Of a stretch of 64,000 nucleotides of DNA, positions 10,733 through 20,803 are shown piece after piece (position 1 is the stretch's first letter; each line of letters opens with the position of its first letter). The stretch lies in NCBI GenBank assembly GCA_037305845.1, contig CP147778.1, forward strand, positions 3,360,001 through 3,424,000, written 5' to 3'. The stretch is from Candidatus Freyarchaeum deiterrae. GTDB lineage: Archaea > Asgardarchaeota > Jordiarchaeia > Jordiarchaeales > Jordiarchaeaceae. The notes under the pieces were generated by a model, which was given only the letters and a program-made list of their open reading frames with translations, was not told the DNA's origin and made no database searches. The translations under genes and the position numbers were made by a program.

Positions 10733-11774
10733 AAGACTTAAGGTGCTTGTGATGGGGCCGGTCAGCGCGGGTAAATCAGCAATAATCAAACAATTAGTTT
10801 ACGGATTGGTTTCAAAGGAACTCAGGGATTTGGATCCAACCATATTAATTAAAGTTCATCCGGATTATAATCATGGCAATTATCTTTGCCAGTTTTTCGA
10901 ATGCGGTGGGCAGGAAAGCATGTTTGAGGAGTATTACCGACCGGAAAGGGAGGAAATTTTATTCAGTAAGGTGAACATTTTTCTCTACGTGGTTGATTCC
11001 GGTGATGCTGAACTTCTCAAACTGGCAATTAAAGAATTCTATCGGACTATTAGAAGAGTCGCAAAATATTCTCCTCAAGCTTTGCCAGTCATATTTGCAC
11101 ACAAACAGGATCTAAAGGTACACCTGCCACCAGAAGAAGTAGCGAACATTCTACTTAAACCTAATAAATCGATATTCGAAGCTTACTTCCCAAGAGAACT
11201 TGCAGAGAGAGGCAGAGTAGAAAAGATGCTGAAGAGAACTCTAGTTTATGGTACCTCAATCGAGGAACCACCAAAAAGTTTTGAGAACCTTCAAGCTTGG
11301 ATAAGGTCTGATAACGCTGTTGTTGAGGTGCTTGAGACGTACAAAAAATTTCTCAGAGAGATGACGGTACTAGGAACTGGAGCAGGAAGAGAATACTCTA
11401 AAGAATTTTTAAATTCTCTGAAAACGCTGCTAACTGATTTAGATGGTATCCTAGGATCCAAGGGGGGTGCGGTCATTGACAAATCAAATAATTTTATTGT
11501 GGTGACCACTCTAATAGGGAGTGACATTTCAGATACAATTATTGGAAACATGATAGCAAATTCGTCAAAGATTCTAGAGGAACGCGAAAAATCCTCTCCA
11601 GAAGCCACCATCTTTAGGATAAATGCCGTAACAATGGTGATGCAAAGTATAAACAAAGAATTAGCAATCGTATCCGTACTTCCACAGTATAAACAATTTG
11701 AAGAAGAAAACCTGCGCCCAATAGTTAAAGAATTCGTAAACAAAATTAGAACAGTTACTAAATCTATAGATTGA
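10719..11774 (+). CDS. RagA/Gtr1-like small GTPase with C-terminal roadblock-like domain
   Basis: G1 GPVSAGKS, G2 LDPT, G3 ECGGQ, G4 HKQD (Rag-type HKxD), G5 TSI. Start is probably 10719 or 10725 after GGAGG, overlapping the upstream stop. Confidence 0.85.
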   Translation: MIVIERLKVLVMGPVSAGKSAIIKQLVYGLVSKELRDLDPTILIKVHPDYNHGNYLCQFFECGGQESMFEEYYRPEREEILFSKVNIFLYVVDSGDAELLKLAIKEFYRTIRRVAKYSPQALPVIFAHKQDLKVHLPPEEVANILLKPNKSIFEAYFPRELAERGRVEKMLKRTLVYGTSIEEPPKSFENLQAWIRSDNAVVEVLETYKKFLREMTVLGTGAGREYSKEFLNSLKTLLTDLDGILGSKGGAVIDKSNNFIVVTTLIGSDISDTIIGNMIANSSKILEEREKSSPEATIFRINAVTMVMQSINKELAIVSVLPQYKQFEEENLRPIVKEFVNKIRTVTKSID

Positions 11775-11791
11775 CACGTCGGGGAAAACGA

Positions 11792-12784
11792 ATGCCGAAG
11801 GGAATTTTTATCACATACTTCGATGCGATTCAGGGGGTTGTGCTCAGACCCGAATATGCATACGTGAAAGGCAAAACCCAAATAACTAACGGTCTGGCTC
11901 AGCAATTATACTTTGCACACTCTACCGGAGAAACTAAAAATTTCCTCGAAATAAAAATGGGCGACCTAAAAATTTCAAGCTACTACACGGGAATGGTTCC
12001 GAAATCGCGCAACCAAATCTGCCTAGCACTAGTACTGGAAGAAAAAGAGGTAGGAGCGGCCTACAAAGAGTTTCTAAAAATCAAAGCCAGTGAAATAATT
12101 AAAATATTAGATGACGGCGGAGAAATCAGAATAGAAGAAATCTATAGAGAGCTGGAAAAAAGAGAAAAGCCCGTTGATAAGAAACACCTCATGATACGAA
12201 TACTAGCAGACGAAGAAACCTGGAAAGCCCTCGCCGCCCTCAGAGACGGAAGAAACGTATCTCCAACATATCTCTCCCCTCTGAAAATGCTGGAACTTGT
12301 AACCAAAAAACAAAACGGAAATGCCAAGCCAAAAATCAGTAAAATAAAAATTTTCAAATCCCCCTCCAACTCAATAATAGACGCTCTAGAAAATGGAAAG
12401 ATACCCAAGAGCATAAGAAGAAAGGTCGGAGAAGCGCTCCTATATGCGGTAGACGAACTCCGAAGACAAATACAACAGGACATGGAGGAGAAACCCACAG
12501 ACATTCTAGAACCACTAGTCAACTCCACAAACTATCAGATCACTAATATTATTGATGAAGAAGGAATAATCTCAATAAAAGAGCTGTCGAAAAGACTAGG
12601 GATTGAGGAGGAAACAATTCTGTACCACATGAGGCAACTCAAAGAACACCTTCTAGCAGACTATACGAAGGAATACCTCTACCCGCTTTTAAAAGTAGAA
12701 ATAGAAATAAACCGCAAACAAAGCAGCGTCGCAAACAAAATCAAAAAAATAGTAAAATATATAAATGATAAAGATATCCAATAA
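11792..12784 (+). CDS. Longin (uDENN/NPRL2-like) domain plus C-terminal winged-helix protein
   Basis: N-terminal GIFITYFDAIQG (FDxxxG), loop KSRNQ, C-terminal ISIKELSKRLGIEEETILYHMRQL HTH; alternative TTG start 11771 overlaps the GTPase stop. Confidence 0.65.
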   Translation: MPKGIFITYFDAIQGVVLRPEYAYVKGKTQITNGLAQQLYFAHSTGETKNFLEIKMGDLKISSYYTGMVPKSRNQICLALVLEEKEVGAAYKEFLKIKASEIIKILDDGGEIRIEEIYRELEKREKPVDKKHLMIRILADEETWKALAALRDGRNVSPTYLSPLKMLELVTKKQNGNAKPKISKIKIFKSPSNSIIDALENGKIPKSIRRKVGEALLYAVDELRRQIQQDMEEKPTDILEPLVNSTNYQITNIIDEEGIISIKELSKRLGIEEETILYHMRQLKEHLLADYTKEYLYPLLKVEIEINRKQSSVANKIKKIVKYINDKDIQ

Positions 12785-13378
12785 TAATGGGGAGAAACCC
12801 CAAGGGTGAAAAAAAACCAATGTTAACAGTAAACAGAGTATATGTAAACTCAAAATTTTGTGCCTGCTCTAAGAACACAGCAAATAAAGCCAAAAACGGC
12901 AAAAAAACGAGCAAGAGTAAGGATAACAACTAAAGATAATAGAGTGTAACGATTTTCGAGATAAAGAGGTGTGGTTCGGAGAGTCGGCGAATACTAAACA
13001 GTTGTGTTCATCAAAAATCTAATAAACGCTACTTTTTTAAAACATTCTTCGAGAAAATCGGAATTTTATTTTTAAACTAGTAACTTTTTAGATTAAGGGA
13101 AAAAACAAATATTCGCACTAGAGTGAGAGTTTTCAGTCATTTAGCGAAGTTGTTTTTTTTCTTTTGTGTGGTTTTAGCCTCTGCCCTGCTTTACATTACT
13201 TGAAAGCGACTTTCTTTACCTATCCTTTATAAATTATCTCATAAAATTCAAGTGAAAAAATGAGAAATTACGAGTGTAGACACTTATTGGCAATATTTTT
13301 ATAATGGGATTTATATAGAATTATTACAGTGCTATAAATTTATAATAGCCAGATTATTCGCGAGTGAGGCCTAGGAAA

Positions 13379-14082
13379 ATGGCAGAAGAGAAAATTTCAG
13401 ATTTTAAAATGTTTGAAAAGGCACCGTATGAACTGCCTGAAATAAGACCCTTCATGGAGATATCCTTGAGAGGGACGAAAGAAATAGAAAAAACTTATGG
13501 CCCGGTATTCTGCAACATGTTCATAAAGCACGCTTTATGGTTTATTGCTCAAAAAACTTGAGAAAAAACCCCGACAACATTAAAAACTTGGATCAACTGA
13601 CAGAGTATTTAATCTCAGTAGCCGACAAATATCCCACTTCCTTTTGTGCGTTTACTTATGCTCAAGTCAAGACTGAGAACATATTGCAGGGTCAGACTGG
13701 AGCAGGAACTCGAGTTGAGTCCATGCGTATTTCTCGAAATATTGCAAAAGATGGGAACTTTAAAATAAAAGATTTTGATTTAGATGCTATAATATTAAAG
13801 ATTTGGCAGACGGGAGTCGCGATGAAAATTGTTCCCAGCGAAATGGGATACAAGAAAAACGAAGATGAGAGCATTGAACTACTTTGGCCAAAGTGCTACC
13901 TTTTGGACGGATGCACATTAGCCTTTAAAGAGGGCTTGTTAAAACGGCCAGACGGCTGAACAAGATGTGGCCTGGGCGAAGGCTTAGGTCATCTTTTCAA
14001 AATATTTACTAACAATGAATGGGACTATGACCTCTTAGAATTCAATAAACCATATTGCATACATAAAAACTACCCTCTCTAG
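13379..14082 (+). pseudogene. V4R-like family A paralog, frameshift near 13560 and nonsense codon at 13957
   Basis: Three pieces align with the 15930 and 43620 paralogs; after the TGA the frame continues TRCGLGEG...EWDYDLLEFNKPYC. Confidence 0.8.
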
Positions 14083-14224
14083 GCACTCATTCGGTGAGCC
14101 GATTTCGGAAAAGTCCTCATATTGTGGTTGAAAATGATTTACGCTCACCTTTTTTTTAAATTTGTAATCTCACAATCATCGAAGAGCTATACCAGTATTT
14201 AGCAAAACTTTGGAGGTTTTAGAT

Positions 14225-15022
14225 ACGGAGAAAAGATTGATGGATAAAGTTGCCTTAGTGACCGGAGCTGCTTCCGGAATTGGAAGGGCCATTGCCCTAC
14301 GTTTCGCAGAGGAAGGAGCAAAGGTCTCATTAGTTGACATTAACCTTGAGAGAGCTGAAGAGGTATCAAATGAAATTAATGATCTAGACGGAAAGGCTAT
14401 CGCGATTAAGTGTGATGTAGGAGATGAGATGCAAGTAAACGGGGCAGTTGAGAGTACTAAGAATGAGCTCGGAAATGTTGGCGTTCTTGTAAACAACGCG
14501 GGTATTGTTAATTCTAATCTGGTTTCTGACCTTACAACGGAGCAGTGGCATAGCCTGTTTAAAGTCAATATGGATGGCATGTTCTACTTCTCAAGAGCCA
14601 TTGTTAAATCCATGCAGGAAGGCGACCGAATAATTAACATATCCTCAATAAATGCGTTTTGCGGTAACGTCACGGCCGCACATTACGCTGCAACAAAAGC
14701 AGCGGTAGTGGGGTTTACAAAAACACTGGCACTAGAGGTAGCGTACAAAGGGATCACCGTAAACGCAATAGCCCCCGGGATAATTCAAACAGCAATGACC
14801 AAAAGCATCTCTGAACTCCCTCCAGAGTTCGTCAAGGAGTACGTCAAGGAAATACCTGCTGGCAGAATCGGAAAACCAGAAGACATAGCCGCTCTTGCAG
14901 CCTTTCTAGCATCACCAGAATCAAGCTATATCACAGGACAGACAATTATCATAGACGGAGGCATCCTCCTCGCAAACCCAACTCAGCAATTTTTGCTCAA
15001 ACTCATAAGAATGAAGCAATAA
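14225..15022 (+). CDS. FabG-like SDR; probable ACG start 14225
   Basis: TGAASGIG, NNAG and YAATK; ACG aligns with the ATG of paralog 16763. Confidence 0.9.
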   Translation, partial: TEKRLMDKVALVTGAASGIGRAIALRFAEEGAKVSLVDINLERAEEVSNEINDLDGKAIAIKCDVGDEMQVNGAVESTKNELGNVGVLVNNAGIVNSNLVSDLTTEQWHSLFKVNMDGMFYFSRAIVKSMQEGDRIINISSINAFCGNVTAAHYAATKAAVVGFTKTLALEVAYKGITVNAIAPGIIQTAMTKSISELPPEFVKEYVKEIPAGRIGKPEDIAALAAFLASPESSYITGQTIIIDGGILLANPTQQFLLKLIRMKQ

Positions 15023-15358
15023 GAAACATCAAGAAAACTCGCACCACATAACACGGGATTTTACAATTTTCAGAGCATTGGTAGAGAAAAATGTTAATTT
15101 TAAGCAATAAAAAAGAAAAGTGAATTATTTGGACAAATCGCACTCTTTTTTTTAAAACCTTCTTAGGTTTCGACGCATTCTTACCGAACTGTTTTCTATA
15201 AGAAAGTCATACCGTTTATAAGTTGACATTATTCAACTACACAAGATATCTTCACCCAAGTTGGAATCTATAGGATAAGTTATCCTTGGAAGCCAATATA
15301 AGGCGGAATTGAATTTTACTACTTAACTGCTAATGTATACGATATAGGAGGGTTTTAA

Positions 15359-15553
15359 ATGAAAGTTTGGCCGGATGTAGCTGAGTTGAAACAGGACCAG
15401 GTCAAAAAAGTTGTAGAACTGGAAAAGCAACTTGAAGTGGTTCTGGTTGCTTTTAAAAGGCCTACCACGTTCGCAATTTTATCACCAGAAGAACTGAAAA
15501 GAGTTCAAAAACTTGAGAAAGAACTCGGTTTAACCTTATTGGCTATGAAATAG
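15359..15553 (+). CDS. Small protein made of two internal repeats
   Basis: AxL..x..K.V..LEK.L.x.L.A twice; GGAGG SD. Confidence 0.7.
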   Translation: MKVWPDVAELKQDQVKKVVELEKQLEVVLVAFKRPTTFAILSPEELKRVQKLEKELGLTLLAMK

Positions 15554-15929
15554 AAATAAAAGTTACTACACCTTTTCCTTTTTTTAATCCACAATTGTAT
15601 TTGCCTTTTTCAAGTATCTCCGATATATTCTTATTCTCTTTTACTTGGGGTTAAAGGCTTACCGAATTGCATCACAGGGGAGTTACAATCAAATTGGAGA
15701 ATAAACCAAACATCGGAATTAGAAAAGACCAGACTCCCGATTTTACTGCTTCGCTATTCATTCACCGCTCCAGAAACATTAGGCTTCCCGAGTTTTTTAT
15801 AAAAAAAAACTTATTTCTAAGAATAAAATTATAATAGAAAATAGCAAAAGTATTATAACATAATTATCTGTATACTATATTAGCGAGAATTTTTTAGAGT
15901 GAGCATAAAACAAGTGAGGTCTTGGAAAA

Positions 15930-16631
15930 GTGGCAGAGTTGAAAACTTCTGATTTTAAAATGTTCAAGGCACCATATGAACTGCCGGATCCCCGGGCTGT
16001 TATTGGAATGCAAATAGTTGGAATAAAAGAACAAGAAAAATTATTCGGCACCGTATACTCCTTCCGATTAATAAAGTACGCTGTACAGTTTGAAGCTAAA
16101 AGAATTGGAGAAGACCCTCCCGAAGACATCAAAACTCTAGACCAGCTGGCAGAATATCTCGTCTCAAAATCCGATAAAAACCCTACCCCCAACTGCGTAC
16201 TTATGTATGCCCAGCTCAAGGTTGAAAACGAACTTCAGGGTCGAACTGGAGCTGCGACTAGGGTTGGGGAGATGGGTTTTCATAGAACATTTGTGAAAAA
16301 TCAAATCGATGAAGAGAAAAATGTTAATCTAGACGACGTTATATCAAATTTGGTCCAGACCGCATTTACGTTGAAAGTCGGTCCCAAAGAATTCGGATAT
16401 AAAAAGAATGAAGATGGAAGTTTAGACTTAATCTTCCCAGATTGTTACTATAAGGAAGGATGCCAACAAGCTCTCAAAGATAAACTATTAACTAGGCCAA
16501 ATGGCAAAATGCAATGTGCTGTGGGTTCAACTTTGTGTCAGTTTCTTAAACTGGTCACGGGTTATGAATGGGATTATGATTGCTCAGAATTCGATAAACC
16601 ACATTGCATAGCGCATTTAGACAAGTTCTAA
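15930..16631 (+). CDS. V4R-like family A Cys-motif protein
   Basis: PDCYYKEGC...QCAVG..LC..L...TGYEWDY......PHC; fold assignment is inference. Confidence 0.6.
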   Translation: MAELKTSDFKMFKAPYELPDPRAVIGMQIVGIKEQEKLFGTVYSFRLIKYAVQFEAKRIGEDPPEDIKTLDQLAEYLVSKSDKNPTPNCVLMYAQLKVENELQGRTGAATRVGEMGFHRTFVKNQIDEEKNVNLDDVISNLVQTAFTLKVGPKEFGYKKNEDGSLDLIFPDCYYKEGCQQALKDKLLTRPNGKMQCAVGSTLCQFLKLVTGYEWDYDCSEFDKPHCIAHLDKF

Positions 16632-16762
16632 TCATTCATTCGCAGATATGAAAAATATAATAATAACCCCCTTGTGGTTCTCTTTGTACAATCAAAAATT
16701 AATTTTATAACTTTCAAGTGCGTTAATTAAAAATTCAAAAATTTTGGAGGCATTAAATAAAT

Positions 16763-17539
16763 ATGGAACCGAGATTGTCAGGTAAGGTTGCTTTAGTAAC
16801 AGGAGCTGCTTCCGGTATTGGAAGAGCCGTTGCCCTACGTTTCGCAAATGAGGGCGCAGAGGTTGCAGCGGTAGACCTTAACCTTGAAGGCGTAAAGAAG
16901 GTAGCAAAGGAAATTAAAGACCTAGGCGGAAAAGCTGCTGCGGTTCAGTGTAACGTGTCGGATGAGGGAAATGTAAGCAATGCAATTAGAACTATCGAAA
17001 ATAAACTTGGTAGAGTCAACATTCTCGTAAACAATGCGGGTATCCTTAATATGAATCTAGTTCCCGACCTAACAACGGAACAGTGGCAAAATATATTCAA
17101 AGTAAACGTTGACGGCATGTTCTACTTCTCAAGAGCCATTGTTAAATCCATGCAGGAAGGAGACAGAATAATCAACATGTCCTCAGCAAACGCATTGTGC
17201 GGGAACGTTTCCGCTGCTCATTACGCTGCAACAAAAGGAGCAATACTGGGATTCACGAAATCTCTGGCATTAGAGGTGGCACATAAAGGAATCACCGTAA
17301 ATGCAATCGCCCCCGCCTTCATACTGACACCAATGTCAGGAGGTTTAGACCAAATGCCAGACTACGCTAAGGAGATACCTGTTAAAAGGTACGGAACACC
17401 GGAGGACGTAGCTGCGGTTGCAGCATTTCTAGCATCACAAGAAACGGGCTTCGTAACAGGACAGGTAATCGTCGTGGATGGAGGAAGCCTGCTCTTAAAT
17501 CCAACACAGCGAATTCTAGTCCAACTCCTAGGACTATGA
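16763..17539 (+). CDS. FabG-like SDR (paralog of 14225)
   Basis: TGAASGIG, NNAG and YAATK motifs. Confidence 0.95.
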   Translation: MEPRLSGKVALVTGAASGIGRAVALRFANEGAEVAAVDLNLEGVKKVAKEIKDLGGKAAAVQCNVSDEGNVSNAIRTIENKLGRVNILVNNAGILNMNLVPDLTTEQWQNIFKVNVDGMFYFSRAIVKSMQEGDRIINMSSANALCGNVSAAHYAATKGAILGFTKSLALEVAHKGITVNAIAPAFILTPMSGGLDQMPDYAKEIPVKRYGTPEDVAAVAAFLASQETGFVTGQVIVVDGGSLLLNPTQRILVQLLGL

Positions 17540-17656
17540 AATATTGCTAGAATTCCTTTCGCAAATGGAAATCTTAAATCTTTTAATTTAAATAAATTAA
17601 TGTAAAAAAACGCTTTAAGGACTTGAAACACAAACAATCATTATGGTAGGGATTAA

Positions 17657-18232
17657 ATGAAATCAGAAAAAAAAGAAACCAAAGAATTTTCTGAGGCGTT
17701 AGCTGAAAAAAAAGTAATCAGTAGAAGTGCTGTAAAGAAAAAAGAGCCCGAGTCTCACAACACGGATTTGAAATTAGTTGAGAAGTCGAAATTAGAAGAA
17801 TTAGAAGCAAGAATAAAAGTTTTAGAAGATATTGAGGCTATCAAGAGGCTCAGAGCCAAGTATTGGCGCTGCTGTGATAGGAAGCTGTGGAACGAATTAG
17901 AAGAATGCTTTACCGAAAATGTGGTCGCAGATTATTTTCCCAACCTACACTTCGATGGTAGAAAGGCGCTAATGGATTTCTTGAAGGGGAGTCTGAGTCC
18001 AGACATTATGATCACATCTCACGGAGGCCACAGCCCCGAGATTGAAATAATCAGTGATACAGAAGCTAGGGGAATATGGGTATTAAATGACTTGGTAATT
18101 TTGCAGCCAGGCATGAGAATGAGAGGTTATGGCCATTACGAAGATGAATACGTCAAAGAAAATGGCCAGTGGAAGATAAATAGATCAAAGCAAACCCGCA
18201 TCATCGAAGAGTGGCAAATGGATAAACGCTAA
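17657..18232 (+). CDS. NTF2-like SnoaL_4/BaiE-type protein
   Basis: LEDIEAIKRLRAKYWRCCDRKLW, H....PEI..ISDTEARGIW, GHYEDEYVKENGQWKI. Confidence 0.85.
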   Translation: MKSEKKETKEFSEALAEKKVISRSAVKKKEPESHNTDLKLVEKSKLEELEARIKVLEDIEAIKRLRAKYWRCCDRKLWNELEECFTENVVADYFPNLHFDGRKALMDFLKGSLSPDIMITSHGGHSPEIEIISDTEARGIWVLNDLVILQPGMRMRGYGHYEDEYVKENGQWKINRSKQTRIIEEWQMDKR

Positions 18233-18376
18233 GAAACAGGAATACCTCTTTTATTTTGAAGCTCGGAGAAGAAAGTACCTTATTAGGATAAGAAATGCTA
18301 GAATTCGCTCTTTCAATATCATCGAAATGCTAGAATTCACAATAAATTATAGTTTGGCTTATCCAATTTATCCTAG

Positions 18377-19096
18377 CTATACGGCCGGTGATTTTCTCTC
18401 TCCGTATGTAATGTATCCATTTATGCCACGCGGATAAAACTGAATGCTACTAATACCCAGCTTTCCTAATGTTTCTTTCATCATTCTCTTTGACCAGAAT
18501 AGTGGCCATCCTAACTCGGCCATTACTAGTCTTCCATTTGGCTTCATTACTCTAACCATCTCTGCTAATGCCTCTAATCTTCCGTCTCTTACGTTAGTGA
18601 TAACGTATCTACACACAACTACATCGAAATACTTATCAGGGAATGGAAGTTGCCGAACGTCCGACATCTTGAACTCAACTTTAGTGGAAACCTTCTCTAA
18701 TCTGGCATTCTGCATAGCGTTTTCAATTCTGTTTCCCGAAAGGTATCTCTGAGCCCAAATATCAACTCCGATCACCTCACATTTTTTCAAGGCTTTCGCA
18801 AAGCCTATGGCGAGCAGACCTCTCCCCGTTCCAACATCAAGTATTGCGTTATTTTCCCTTGGTTGGGCAATCCGTATAATTTTCTCCCTTAGTTTTATCT
18901 TGGCTGAATAAGTCGTGCCAAAAAGTATGCGTAACAAACCAATGAAGCTTACCGAGAGGGAGATAAAGCCGACAATTTTCCAAAAAAGCTCAGGAAGAAG
19001 CACAATATAAAATATGAAAAATACAGTCACAGCTGAAAGCATTGTTATTCCCCAAGGAGTATCGACACCGTAGTTTGGCTTTGGCTTTTTCCCCAA
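18377..19096 (-). CDS. Membrane-anchored class I SAM methyltransferase
   Basis: Two TM segments, ILDVGTGRG, GVDIW, LPFPDKYFD. Confidence 0.9.
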   Translation of the reverse strand: MGKKPKPNYGVDTPWGITMLSAVTVFFIFYIVLLPELFWKIVGFISLSVSFIGLLRILFGTTYSAKIKLREKIIRIAQPRENNAILDVGTGRGLLAIGFAKALKKCEVIGVDIWAQRYLSGNRIENAMQNARLEKVSTKVEFKMSDVRQLPFPDKYFDVVVCRYVITNVRDGRLEALAEMVRVMKPNGRLVMAELGWPLFWSKRMMKETLGKLGISSIQFYPRGINGYITYGERKSPAV

Positions 19097-19285
19097 ACCT
19101 CTCTCTCCAAGTTCGTTATAGTTTAATTCCCTGCTACTCAGATTTTAAGCCAATTTCAAATTAAGCTTATTTAAAGGTTTCCTTATAGGCAAAAAAGTCC
19201 ATTGGATTTCATGTAAGTTATAACAGTATTTTTATATAGTTAAAAAAGTATGAGATAACTAGGAATGAGTGAGAGGTGTTGAAAA

Positions 19286-19996
19286 GTAGAAGGCCCTGAA
19301 TTTCCCGGTTTTAAAATGAGTGAGAAGGCTCCATACGAAGTACCACCCGCGAGACCTTTTACGGAGTTTCTTATTAAGGGGTTAAAAGAAGTAGAAATGA
19401 TGTACGGGCATGTGTTCACAATTAGATTCATAAAGCATGCTGTAGAGTTCATCTTTCGAAAAGTCGGTGATAAACCTTCTTGTAATATCGAAAATCTGGA
19501 ACAGTTAGCCGAATATGTGATTTCAAAAGCGGACAAGTACCCCACGCCCTACGCTATGGTTCCGTATGCTCAAGCCAAGACTGAAAATGAGCTTCAGGGT
19601 TACAGCGGAGCAGGAACAACTATGGAAATGGTGGCCCTTTCTGAAGATGTGGCGCAAGGCTCGAAGATTAGTGAAAAAAGCGTGGATATGGACGACGTAT
19701 TGCAGAAGTTGGGTCAATTTTTAACTGTGTTGCAATATAGTCCAAAAGTTTGGGGATACCGGATAAACAAGGATGGAAGCATAGACATTGGTATTCTAAA
19801 ATGCTTCCAGATGGACGGATGCCGAATGGCTTACAATGAGAACGTGTTAAAACGAAGAGACGGAAAGTTGAGATGCGGCATAATCCATTTTGTATGCGGC
19901 TACTTTAAACTAGCCACAGGCCATGTATGGGATTATGATCTACTAGAATACTGCGAATCACACTGCTTAGTAAGAAGCTCCATACGCTATCGCTAA
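19286..19996 (+). CDS. V4R-like family A paralog
   Basis: Aligns with 15930 along its length; homologous start position is GTA (19286), first ATG at 19316. Confidence 0.6.
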   Translation, partial: VEGPEFPGFKMSEKAPYEVPPARPFTEFLIKGLKEVEMMYGHVFTIRFIKHAVEFIFRKVGDKPSCNIENLEQLAEYVISKADKYPTPYAMVPYAQAKTENELQGYSGAGTTMEMVALSEDVAQGSKISEKSVDMDDVLQKLGQFLTVLQYSPKVWGYRINKDGSIDIGILKCFQMDGCRMAYNENVLKRRDGKLRCGIIHFVCGYFKLATGHVWDYDLLEYCESHCLVRSSIRYR

Positions 19997-20244
19997 CTTG
20001 AGTATAAAAAGAGCACCAGCCGAAGGAAGTCGGACATAACTCTCATTCAAGAACCCATTAAAAAGATTAAACCCTTTAATCCAACCTAGCATATTGGAGG
20101 CAGTCCTATATCTTAAAATAATAATAGCGAGCTTAAGATTTGAACTCTTTTTTTCCCTCCAGCTAATAATATTTTCAGAAAAATTTCTTTTGTGAAAAAC
20201 ATTTTTAAATAGTAAACCCTTGATTCTTCGTAGGGTGATTTAAT

Positions 20245-20496
20245 TTGCAAAAAAAGGAAAAAAGGCCAACATCTGAGGATGACGAAGCTGAAGAAACTCC
20301 TTGGAAATCCAAGGAAGACACAGAGAACATTTACGACGACGAACAACGGGATAAAATGGTAGAAGACGACGAAATCACATTGGCCGAGGCAGCCTTTATG
20401 GAAGGCAGAGATGAAAAACCATGGAAAAGAAAATACAAACCGCACTTCGACACCGAATCTGTGCAAACATCTGCAGACGATTACTTCGATGATTAA
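20245..20496 (+). CDS. Small acidic hypothetical protein
   Basis: ENIYDDEQRDKMVEDDEITLAEAAFMEG core; GGTGA SD. Confidence 0.65.
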   Translation: MQKKEKRPTSEDDEAEETPWKSKEDTENIYDDEQRDKMVEDDEITLAEAAFMEGRDEKPWKRKYKPHFDTESVQTSADDYFDD

Positions 20497-20803
20497 TTCC
20501 AAAAACTACCGATATCTAAAACATGAAATGAAAATATTGCAAACAGAATTTCGAAACAAATAGCAAAGGTAGTTGACTACAAAAAAACAGTTCAAATATA
20601 ACCTCATTCCACAAAAATAACCTAATTTTTAGGGTTTATTCGATTTTTAGTAAATGTTATTCCATTTAAATAGCAGTTTAAGCTCTAAATTTTAAATGAA
20701 TTTCTTATTGGTTAGTAAATATTTATATGTTTTAAGTACAAACTTTCTTCATTAGAAGAAAAATTGGAGATAAGGCGCTCAAAGAGATGTCTAGGAGGTA
20801 AAT

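Noticed and set aside
13957-13959. In-frame TGA as possible selenocysteine or readthrough
   Set aside because: Paralogs have Arg/Lys here, not Cys, and the gene also carries a frameshift; simple pseudogenisation.
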